A DNA stretch of 64,000 bases from Azolla caroliniana. Its lineage: Eukaryota; Plantae; Polypodiophyta. The stretch is taken from contig JBHGNT010000004.1 of the NCBI GenBank assembly GCA_043228905.1, positions 12,772,001 through 12,836,000 of the forward strand, written 5' to 3'. Below are positions 53,101 through 64,000 of this stretch, piece after piece. Position numbers and translations under genes: made by a program. The stretch's first letter is position 1; the number at the start of each line of letters is the position of its first letter. Below the pieces are notes generated by a model. It did not search any database and had not been told where the DNA came from. It was given only the letters and a program-made list of their open reading frames with translations.

Positions 53101-54062
53101 CTCACAATTTTAAGTTGATCTAGAGTAACATTTGTAAACTTATGACCAATATCCTTAGAATCCCGTAATGTTGGCTCAAATGAGACATTCTTTTTCATTT
53201 CAGTACACTATCCATAGGTAGATGCATGGCCACGAGCTTGACCTTTTTGTCTATTGTTTTATATTTAGTGTTAACTTTTATTGCATAGTTATTTTTACTT
53301 GCCTTTTTAGCCATTTCATGATAGCTTTTGCCAACTATTTCACTATTAGCTATACAACCATTTTTTTCAATAAAATCAGCAATATGAAGGTACATATCAA
53401 CAGAATTTACATGAACAAATCTCTTGTCTCATTCTTTCTCATTCAAGCAATTTTCTAATATTTTGACGGTGTCCACATCTGAATATTCAAGAAACATACC
53501 AGAAATTATGTCATCCCTTTCAATCATCCTTGAAGTGCACAATGCATCCAACATCTTCTTGCTCCCTTTATTTTGTGCATGACTTTCCACACCAAAGTAA
53601 CAGGTAAATCCATCCATTGTTTTAGACAAAGTATTGATTGTTTTATTAATTGGAAAACATTTTTGCAAGGAAAGAAAAGCTTTGGGACCATTGTGTCCCT
53701 GCCCATCAATGATCCTATTTAAAAATCCGACTCATAAGATGACGTATCATGCTCACATGAGTTAATTCGTATTTCTTCTTTATTTCTATCATGCTCCTGC
53801 CTAACAATAAGAAATCGAACACTTCTTTTACCATTGGTACTTCGAATCCTAGCATATGCCGAACCATCTTCAAGCACCTTCGTCTCCATCCTAGAAGATG
53901 TGATGTATGGTTGACCAAGAATCATTGGGTATGACGAGGTCTTTTGGATAAAGAAATGTTGCTCCATTAGCACATCTCCAATGGTGACTTTGATATTAGC
54001 CGACTTTACCCTCGACCCATGATTCGTTTCCATTGGCCATCCGCCTTTCCTATAAATATCAT
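50170..54062 (-). pseudogene. G3 protease C-terminus, RT, RNase H and integrase
   Basis: ILGQPY, FIQDLQPVN, LPQGATNS, FLDD, ADMLSR, DRGEL, YNPEANG. Confidence 0.9.
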
Positions 54063-54509
54063 TGTCAGGAACAGTACTGAGACAGAGAAGGAATTAGTAC
54101 TGAACGAAGGATTAGTACTATGAGAGGTGTAGAACTTCTTTGAGAGAAGGAAGGAGTGAGCGAGACGGGGAGAGAGAGAGAGATCGAGAGAGTGATGATA
54201 AGAAAGATATGTATTATATGAAGAGAATATACAATGGTGGCTAAAAGGCTTAAGACTGGCGTTGAACCAATTTGGTTCAACATAATGCCTAGTGCCCTCT
54301 TTTATAGTGTTTTCAGGAGTAATCCTGAAGCTTCTAGAATGTTCTAGAGAAATCTGGAATATACACTAATTTCCTATAATAAAATGTAAATGAAAATAAT
54401 ATCCTACGTATTACAATAGATGGTCTAATGGTCAAGAGCTCGACCCATATAACCTAAGGTCATGGGTTCGAGTCTTGCCATATCATGACACTATCCCCCC
54501 TTTAAAACA

Positions 54510-57014
54510 ACGAGTGTCACAAGTCATCTTGGATTGAGGACCCGGTTTGTGTGGATATTGACGATGGAAGTCTTCAAGAAGAGCACGAGCATTGGTCACA
54601 TTCTCAATCGGTTCCCAAGTAGCCAATCGACTAGATAGTAGAGGTTGTTGCGAACAATCTTGGAATCAAGGATGGAGGCAACTTCGTACTCCGGCCCATC
54701 TTCAAGCTCGATCGGGGGTGGAGGTTGGATAAGACATCCTGGGATGGTGCTCTCGTGGTAGGGTTCGAGGAGAGAACTATGGAACAACGGATGTATCCAA
54801 TGTTGAGGAGGTAGATCAAGACGAAAAGCGACATCATTAATCTGTCCAATAATACGGAAATGACCTAATCGCCGATAATCCAACTTCTCACATGGGCGAG
54901 TAGTCTTGATGTGTCGTCGTAGCAGCCACACCCGATCTCCAATATTAAAACTGGATGGAAGTTGATGACGATCCGCGTAGACCTTGTGTGTTTGTTGAGC
55001 TTGCTGGAGATGAGTAGATAAATCCGCTTGTATCTTGCGTAACCGCTCCAAACGATCCTCCACGCACGGATTTGTGGACACCTCTGGGGTTTCAAGTACA
55101 CTCCACCGGGGGTGACATCCCGTATAAGCATAAAATGATGTAACTTTAGTGGATGCATGGATAGAGTTGTTATAGGCAAATTCGGCGAAGTGGAGAATAT
55201 CTGCCCAGTCGTCTTGATGATAACTGAGAAAGCACCGCAGATACTGCTCCAGCGTTTGATTTGTTCGTTCAGCTTGGCCGTCGGTTTGTGGGTGGTAGCC
55301 AGAGGAGAGGTTACAAGAGACCTTGAGCATGTTAAAAGGTGCTTCCAGAATTTTGACACGAACTGGGGTCCACGATCGCTGATGATACTATCGGGAAGTC
55401 CATGATGCCGACATACTTCACGCATGACAATTTCGGCAGTGTCTTCACTGGAGATCTCCTTAGTACATGGCAAGAAATGAGCCATCTTCGTGTATCGATC
55501 GACCATCGTTAGAATCGCATTGAACCCCTTAGAGACTAGTAGATCTGTGATGAAGTCTAGAGCAATGGATTGCCACGGCTTGCTTGGAATTGGTAATGGT
55601 TCTAATAAACCATATGGATGATGCCTTGGCATTTTCGCTCTACAACATGTATCACAAGTACGAACAAAATCCTCGACAAATTGTCGCATACAGGGCCACC
55701 AGAATGATCGTTGTACTAAATGTAATGTTTTAGTACTACCAAAATGCCCAACTGTATATGTGTCATGGCAGTTTTGAACTACTCGAAGGCGGCAAGAACC
55801 ATTAGGAACATACAAAAGTTCTCTAAAGAAGAGTAATCCATCATGGTATTTGAATTGTTGATAGTCCGTACCTGGTGGTTGCGACTGTGAACACGACGCT
55901 CGAGAGGGATCAATTTGTGCTAGTATAGCTTGGGCGAACGCATCTGTCTTCAAGTCTTCACGTATGGTATCGATAACGTGGGAATCCATGGGCATGTCAA
56001 AGATCTGTGTTGCTTCTAGTCGTGCCGGTCCAAAGATGACTTGTTTTTGGTTATCGAAAGTTGGCTCGCCGGGACGGGGTGCTAGATACGAACGTCGTGA
56101 TAATGCATCTGCCTTCCCTTGGTGCTTCCCCGGACGATATGTAATTTTGAAGTCGAAATGCGTGAGGAAGTGGGCCCACCGAGCTTGACGTCGATTCAAC
56201 ACACGAGCATCCTGAAAGTAGGCAAGATTCTTGTGATCACTAAATATGGCGACTGGATGAGAGGATCCCTCCAGAAAATGCCTCCATTGCATAAAAGAAT
56301 CCACTATTGCCAATAGCTCCTTATCATGAATTTTGTAGTTAATTTCGGCGGCGTCAAACTTGCGTGAGTGAAAAGCCACAGGATGTAGCTTCTCATCATT
56401 CCCCTGTTGTGACAGAATGCTCCCCAATGCAAAATCCGATGCGTCAGCTTCGATAATGAATGCTTTTTCCGGATCGACATGAGCTAGAATTGGAGCCGAT
56501 GTAAATGCCTTTTTAAGACTCTCGAAAGCCATGTCCGTTTCTTCAGACCAGATGAACGGTTGTCCCTTCCTGGTAAGTTGTGTGAGAGGTAGAACGATCT
56601 TTGAGTAATCTTGTATGAACTTCTGGTAAAAATTGGCAAAGCCTAGGAAGCATTGCACATCCCGCACCGAATGCGGAGTCTGCCATTCTACCACCGTTTT
56701 GACCTTAGCTGGGTCCATGGAGATGCCTTCTGACGAAATGATGTAGCCGAGAAATTCCACTTGGTTGCACCCGAAACTACATTTTTCTAGCTTTGCATAA
56801 AGACCATGTTCTCGAAGTCGTTTTAGTACTAATAGTACATGAGAATCATGTTCTTCTTGGGTCTTTTAATAAACCAGTAGATCATCCAAATAGATGATCA
56901 AACAATCATCCAATAGATCTCGGAATATATCATTAGCCATGTGCTGGAAGATTGTCGGCGCATTAGTGAGGCCGAACGGCATGACCGTATACTCGAAGTG
57001 CCCATATCTGGTGC
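54510..57014 (-). pseudogene. T2 RT C-terminus, RNase H, integrase and chromodomain
   Basis: [13 protein letters not shown], ORFs 54865-56760 and 54596-55330, GPEYEVASILDSKIVRNNLYYLVDW. Confidence 0.92.
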
Positions 57015-57399
57015 CCATAATTGGTTCAAACTGTCAGGAACAGTACTGAGACAGAGAAGGAATTAGTACTAAACGAAGGATTAGTACTATGAGAGGTGTA
57101 GAACTTCTTCGAGAGAAGGAAGGAGTGAGCGAGACGGGGAGAGAGAGAGAGATCGAGAGAGAGAGAGAGAGTGATGATAAGAAAGATATGTATTATATGA
57201 AGAGAATATACAATGGTGGCTAAAAGGCTTAAGACTGGCGTTGAACCAATTTGGTTCAACATAATGCCTAGTGCCCTCTTTTATAGTGTTTTCAGGAGTA
57301 ATCCTGAAGCTTCTAGAATGTTCTAGAGAAATCTGGAATATACACTAATTTCCTATAATAAAATGTAAATGAAAATAATATCCTACGTATTACAATAGA

Positions 57400-57460
57400 T
57401 GGTCTAATGGTCAAGAGCTCGACCCATGTAACCTAAGGTCATGGGTTCGAGTCTTGCCAT
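57400..57460 (+). promoter_or_regulatory. tRNA-like Pol III A-box/B-box module in the Tcn1-like LTR (present in all five copies)
   Basis: TGGTCTAATGG (57400-57410), 33 nt spacer, GGTTCGAGTC (57444-57453). Confidence 0.6.
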
Positions 57461-57469
57461 ATCATGACA

Positions 57470-59321
57470 CTCATAAAAAAATAGATTAATTTCTGAGCCG
57501 TGGTCAATTAAGGCCACGACCAGATCTTCAAGGTTTTCAATCTTCACGGGTGTCTTAGTTATTGCTCTTGCCCAATGTTTCTTAGCATTTTAGCATTTTA
57601 GCTCTTTCGGGTTCTCTTCAAAAGTTGTCGTCGCAATAGCTTGTGTACCAACAATGGAAGAGCTTGGTTCACCTTTGAACTTCCACCGTTGCTTTCTTTA
57701 CTTCACTTCCTCGGTTTTTGGCGGCTTCAATACTTTGTCTTTTTCTTTTAATTCCATCTATTATTGCATCATGCAATTCTTTTTTCGCTATGCCCAAAAG
57801 TTCCCTCAAGGAAAGTTCCACTTTGCTATCTACAATTCTTTCTTCCAATACTTTTTTTAAATCAGTTGAAGCTTCAATATCAGATAATAATTTGAATGAG
57901 GGACTCTTCTTATCCTTACCTTTTTCAATGTCAGGGTTTACCATTTTTGGACTTTCTGTCTCCCTCTTTTTAGCGCTTCTTAGCTCCCTCTTCTTGTTAT
58001 CTTCATTTTCCACCCATTTCCGTTTCTCTTTGATGATCACTTCATGATCTTGGGTTGTTGCAACCTTCGCGAAAGCTAGGAGGCCATCCATTGGGTCTTC
58101 CCAACCAGTTTTGCTTCGGACAACATCACCTCTAGACTTCAACTTTTCAAACTCGATTTTACCCTTTCTTGCAGATTTCAAAATATACGGCCAAAATGTA
58201 GATTCTGATCCTCCTTCACCAACATGGATGACTGTAGTTGTAGGTTGATAAACAACTTGTGTCCTAGTTATTTCCGCATCTTCGATGATCCTTCTCATAC
58301 CACCTCTTCTAAAGTTAGTTCGGAGAGGTAATCGAGTTTTAGAAGAATGAATCTTACCATCTTTGAAGGATATCACCCCTCTTTCTATCGCTTCTTGATA
58401 GTTATCACACCCTCTTCTTGAATGGTCGACGCTATCACTCCATATGCATCTTCTTTCATAATCTTTTTGGGGTTGTGAGGATTTTTCTTCTTGTAGCTTT
58501 GCAACATATAATGAAAGATCTTTTATACCTTTGATAAGATCGTCCATCACTGTTTCGGGTACCTTGGAAATAGTTGATGGACTCCCAGTATCCTCCCTCA
58601 TGATTGTCTTCACTTCATCTTTCATACCTCTAGTAATCAAAAGATCCTCACACCATTGGGCTCTTTTGTTGATTCTGTTGCAAGCTTCATGTACTTGATT
58701 CCAATTAGACACTAGTCCAGTGGGTGTAGTCTAGTCTTCAAGGAATGCAACTAATTTTTCTCGATAGGATCGGTCTGATGCCTTCAAGAATAATATGACC
58801 TTCTCTTGTTCCAAAAGAGTCCTTTCAGTCGTCGTTAATTGATTATAACGAGCTTCAAACTCTTTCAGCAACTCCATCACCGAAATCTTCTTGTCATCTT
58901 TGTCCATCCAATCCAAGAAACTCCTCCTTGATGCTCGGATTGTATCACCAAGCATGTATTCATTTAATAAAGCTTGCTCAAATGCAACCCAATCATCAGA
59001 ACTTGTTGCGAGTTCAAAGACTCTATTTCTCAAAGGTAGTTCAACCATCCTCACAAAATTCATTTGAACATCATGTTGATTTAATCCTTTACTACCCATC
59101 TCAGTAACATATACTTGTAAGAATTTAGTTATATTTTTACCTTCAAAGAGACCTATTTTCTCTATAAGCTTGTCAATAGCATGATCGATTCATTGAAGAG
59201 CAGTTGCACGTTCTTGGCTTTGCATCATTCTTTCAATCATTTGAAGCACCACGTTGATTTGTGGCTCCACAACGACTTCTTGGTTGATTCGTGGCTCTGA
59301 GACTACTTGGTGGTTCTCCAT
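57470..59321 (-). pseudogene. G3 gag and protease N-terminus
   Basis: FEGKNITKFL, EKVILFLKA, LSLRELLGIAK, ALIDHGSEINL. Confidence 0.87.
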
Positions 59322-59792
59322 CTCTCTTAACTTCCCGTTTCACGTCGGGTTCACCACTGTTGCGTCAATCTAGGCGTACGAGAGCAAACAAAAAGAAAAT
59401 CGTGTATCCGGGAAGTAAGCACCGGGCGTCTTGTCAAAGAAAGAGGAGAAAAGGAAATAACTTGTATTGATATTTGAAGATGATTACAAAATATTTCTTG
59501 TACAATAATATAGCTTGTCCCTCCTATTACAGTAATATTCCTCGTCTCATCTTCTCCCCTTCACTCTTTTCCCTTTCCCTCTTTAAATAGGTGCCCCCAT
59601 GCATACGATGCATGTGAGGGTACAAGACATGCATGTAGTGCATGAAATGCATGTGATGCATGATTGCCATTTGGCGTTCATGCATTATATGTGATGCATG
59701 ATAGACATCCCACACATTTGAGCTTTCATGTATGAAAATATATATGGCATAAGTATAAACATTAAAATATAACTTTGAAAGAACAAATGACC

Positions 59793-59850
59793 TAGTCTAA
59801 TGGTATGTGGCTTGTGTTTGGTATCTGAGGTCGTGGGTTCAAGTCTCTCG
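59793..59850 (+). promoter_or_regulatory. tRNA-like A-box/B-box module in the G3 LTR (second copy at about 49897-49950)
   Basis: TAGTCTAATGG, 32 nt spacer, GGTTCAAGTC. Confidence 0.55.
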
Positions 59851-60037
59851 AATGTTACTCAATACATTATTTTAGTTTACTTTCTATCGTGAAGCAAATC
59901 CTTCATGACACCTAAACCCCCACACACTCCTATTCATCAAGGCCTCGCACTTTATATAACCTTTTACAAACATTTGAATAAGCTCATATAAATTGGTAGA
60001 GGTTATTTTCTCATCGTGGCATGGAAATGTCACGACA

Positions 60038-62600
60038 ACGTGAGCTAGAATAGGAGCCGATGTAAATGCCTTCTTAAGATTCTCAAAAGCCATGTCCGTT
60101 TCTTCAGACCAAACGAATGATTGTCCCTTCTTAGTAAGTTGTGTGAGAGGCAGAACATGCTTTGAGTAATCCTGTATAAACTTGCGGTAGAAATTGGCAA
60201 AGCCTAAAAAGCATTGCATATCTCGCAACGAACCCAGAGTTTGCCACTCTACCACCGTTTTGACCTTAGCTGGATCCATGGAGATGCCTTCCCAGGAGAT
60301 GACATAGCCCAGAAATTCCACCTAGTGGCACCCGAAACTACATTTTTCCAGCTTTGCATAAAGACCATGTTCTCGAAGTTGTTTTAGTACTAATAGTACG
60401 TGAGAATCATGCTCTTCTTAGGTCTTCGAATAAACCAGTAGATCATCCAAATAGATGATCAAACAAAAATCTAAGAGATCTCGGAATATATCATTTGCCA
60501 TGTGTTGGAAGACTGTTGGCACATTAGTGAGGTTGAACGGCATGACCTTATACTCGAAGTGCTCATATCTGGTGTGAAACGCGGTCTTCCCTTCATTTCC
60601 TGGTCGATCTGTACGAGGTTATATGCTCCCAGTAAGTCAATCTTCGTGAAGAACCTTGCACCATTGATCCGTTCTAAAAGACTTGAGATAAAGGGAAGTG
60701 CATACCTATTTCTGATGGTGACCTTATTCAAGCCACGGTAATCTACAACGAGGCGAAGTGATCCATCCTTTTTCTTGATGAAGAAAATGGGTGCGTCGGC
60801 TGGAGATTTCGAATGTCGAATGAAACCATTTTCCAAATTCTCCTCTATATAGGCTCGAAGGACTTCCAGCTCGGTTGGTGACAAATTGTAGATCCGTCTC
60901 CATGGTGGCTCGTTTCCCGGTTGTAAATCGATGGGGCAATCATATGGTCGATGGTGAGGAATCGTATTGGCTTGTGCTTTATTGAACACATTGGCATAAT
61001 GATGATGCTTCTTTGGAAGTTGAACGGTGGACTCCTCTTTAGTGGTCTCAAAGGGTTTTACTGATATTGCAAAGAGAAACACTTCTTCCTTGCGTCCTTC
61101 TTCCCGCAACTGATGTAGCGAAATGGTTGCAATCTTATGAGTAGATCCTCGGGCTTGTCGATACCGGATTTCTCTTGTTCTCCAATTTATGTCTAGGTTA
61201 TGTAATTCAAACCATGGTAATCCTAAAACAGTGGGATGTTCTAGGATACTAATTATATTAAATGATACTACACACGCTAGATTATCTAGGATAATATTAA
61301 CGAGCTCTGACTCTTCTATGATATTTCCGGAAGCAATGGGACGACCATTAATGACTATTATAGAGGCTGGACATGGGAGTTTTCTAAGAGATATCTGATG
61401 AGCTTGGGCAAAATTCCTATCCATGAAGCAAGAATTAGCTTCGGAATCTAGAAGTGCTAAGACATGTACTGGAGGGATACTTTTAGTACTAACTGTTACT
61501 TGGGCTACGAACACATTGCTAACTTTCTTAGAGGGAATGAAACCAGTAATGGGTTGCACAGATCTAGGGCTGTCCAACCAAACGGCTCCTATTTTGGATG
61601 AACTTAGTCGTTTAACTCTTCTTCTAACTGACTAAGGACATCAAATTTGTTCGCTAGATTTGGGCTATTAGTACTATTAGGACTATTATATATTCCTACT
61701 AAAATAGACTTGGGTTTAGTATAATTAGAACTAGGAACTATTTGGTTTACCTGTCCTCTTGGCCTATGGGGACAATTTACTATAATATGCCCTGGTCCAC
61801 CACAATAAAGACATAGTCAATTTGCTCAATGTCGTTGCTTTTCTTCTTCCGATAATGGTCTGCAACGACGTGTAGTGTCAATCTCCATCGGACTCGGAGT
61901 ATTCACTGGCGACGCATTATATGACTCCCTCGGAAAAGGTTTCACTACCATTGAGGCATAGGTGGACTCTGATCTTTCCCTCGGCATCTGGAATTGCCGT
62001 TCCAAACGTCGTTTGAAAAGGTGGTTGTCGCATCTCACTGCGCGACTGATTGCTTCTGTTAATGACTTTAATTCTTCGAGGAAAGTCAAGAGTAAATCCT
62101 TGACATCATTGCGTAAACCATATCAAAATTGCTCCATCAATGCTTGATCATCCCAAGGGATATCGGTGGCAAGTAGGTGGAAATCTGCAGTGTATGCGGA
62201 GGTTGGACGATCACCTTGGCGTAATTGTCAGATTTTGTTGATTGTTGTCCTTATGCTGTCAATATCTCTAAAACAAGCTTTAAACTCACTTATAAATTCT
62301 TCAAAATTGTTTAGTAATGGAGATTCCTTTTCTAACAACAGAGCGAACCATGCCAATGTTGAGCCACTAAGTAGAGTGCCTACTAGTCCCACTCGTGATG
62401 CATGGGGTGGAATATCGAGAAGGATGCATTTGAATCACTAAAAGTACCTGATTCAAAAAACCTCTAAATTGTGATCAGGTCCCATCCAATTTTGTAGGAA
62501 GACCAATCTTGGCTTCTTTGTGAATTCCTTGAGTGCTTGATCCTTGTTGTTGTAGTGATACAATAGTCGCTTCAGGTTGTTGTACACGTAACGTCAGCTC
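60038..62600 (-). pseudogene. T1 gag, protease and RT
   Basis: PMEID, ALLDSEANSCF, LVVDYRGLN, KIDL, YLDD, FLGFANFY. Confidence 0.88.
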
Positions 62601-62864
62601 CCCGTGTTGTTGTTTTTCCAGCGCTATTTGTTGAACATCCCCCAACAAACAGTGATTTTCTTGTTCTAGTGCTAAAAAATGGGTAAGAAGATGAGGGAAA
62701 CCAGAAAGAAGACCGAAAAAAAAGGGATATGTAAGAAGATAGAAGGAAGTGGAGGAGACGGAAGGAGGGAAATCGGTTCAAACTGTCAGGAATAGTATTG
62801 AGACAGAGAAGAAATTAGTACTAAGAGATGAATATTAGTACTAAGAGGAATAGAGGGTGTAGAA

Positions 62865-62926
<62 letters not shown>

Positions 62927-63218
62927 TGACGATGACAACGATATATTATGTGAGAAGAATATACAAGGCTAGGAGGCTTAAGACTGGTGTTGAACCGATT
63001 GGGTTTGAACTAATGCCTTGTGCCTCCTTTTATAGTGTTCTCAGGAGTAGTCTTGAAGCTTCTAGAATGTTCCAGAGAAATCTGGAATATACATTAATTT
63101 TCTATAGTAAAACTTAAATAAAAATAATATTCTATGTATTATAATAGATAGTGTAATGGTTAAGAGCTCAACCCATGTAACATAAGATCATGGGTTCGAG
63201 TCTTGCCATATCATGACG

Positions 63219-64000
63219 GTGGGGCATACCACTTGACAAATTCTAACACATTTTGCCAAGATGATAATAATTGATTAACAACCCAAGACATGGAACACTT
63301 CACTTGCCTTTTGGAATTGACTACATTCCACCAATGTATTTCTACTCTTATGTTTCCAAACTTGATGCCAATTCCCTCAACAAAGAAAATCACCATTTCT
63401 ATGCATGAGTGTGTGTTTGCAAACATAGAGATGAGTAATGAAAACCTCCGAGCTACCATATGCTCATATACATTCAATAATGCTGCTCCACCAAGCCATT
63501 TTGGAGTACAAATATGATCCCATGCCAACGAAGAAATGCCATGTTTCCCTTTTTTCTTCAATAATAAAGAACGCATTGATTGGGTAACCTTTTCAACAGC
63601 CTTCTTAGACCATGGCAACAATGGGAGATAATAAGAAACCATGGGTATCATAATGGATTGCACAACTTAACCTGTATATGAAATGGCCATGACTGAGATC
63701 TCCAATAGATGAACTTATTTTCAATCTTTCTCGACACCCAATCAACTAGTTTAACATCTGAAACTTGTACTCCAATATGGTAACCCAAGTGTCGAAAAAT
63801 TTCCCCACGACTAACAATGTTTCTAGATTGGACCCAACCTCTAATATATTTTGCTCAGTACAGAGTAGGGGCTCTTGGCACCCAATCCGCGTGGTGGCAC
63901 AGGTTGGTAACATCTGGAAAACAGACCCGGATGTTGCTAAGGTGGAACCCCATTGGAAGTTATGGGTATATGGTGGCTGTCCCCTCATCGAGCTAGAATG
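63219..64000 (-). mobile_element. L1-like LINE, RT C-terminal segment (continues beyond the window)
   Basis: AWDHICTPKWLGGAAL motif; colinear with 46102-46680 across the GTGGG TSD. Confidence 0.82.

Larger units (their letters stand above)
54063..57469 (-). mobile_element. Tcn1-like chromovirus T2 (inner; gag, PR and 5' RT deleted)
   Basis: Near-identical LTRs at 54063-54490 and 57032-57469. TSD ATCAT/CTCAT; PPT at 54491-54500. Confidence 0.93.
49739..60037 (-). mobile_element. Ty3/gypsy element G3 (G1-related) inserted into T1
   Basis: 5' LTR at 59358-60037, tRNA-Trp PBS at 59340-59356, PPT at 50143-50153, truncated 3' LTR at 49739-50142. Confidence 0.9.
46681..63218 (-). mobile_element. 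Tcn1-like chromovirus T1 (outer)
   Basis: LTRs at 46681-47514 and 62784-63218, TSD GTGGG, PPT at 47515-47524. Gag, PR (ALLDSEA), RT, RNase H, INT and chromodomain remnants. Confidence 0.93.

Noticed and set aside
57395-57465. Functional tRNA gene
   Set aside because: A and B boxes are present but the anticodon and acceptor stems do not pair well. Reported as a tRNA-derived module instead.

Overview
Eukaryotic nuclear DNA from a land plant, most likely a non-seed plant (fern or bryophyte; inferred from the retroelement types). The window is mostly nested transposable elements around one intact host gene, a two-exon organic cation/carnitine transporter (OCT1/OCT4-like, 22341-24505, +). The left part holds four Ty1/copia elements, solo LTRs, a LINE fragment and a Mutator-type MITE. 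The right part is one minus-strand L1-like LINE split into three pieces by two nested clusters: tRNA-Trp-primed Ty3/gypsy elements and self-priming Tcn1-like chromoviruses. Most notable: (1) a 6.3-kb DNA transposon with CCCGGGG termini, bipartite TIRs, an 8-bp TSD and a P-element/THAP9-like transposase remnant; (2) tRNA-derived Pol III A/B-box modules, antisense in the U3 of three different gypsy LTR families; (3) a covarying self-priming duplex; (4) a conserved -1 frameshift site after the protease; (5) 4-bp CpG-centred target sites; (6) a copia insertion between the OCT gene's putative TATA box and its leader. Everything was read by eye. No database searches were run, so family names are inferences.
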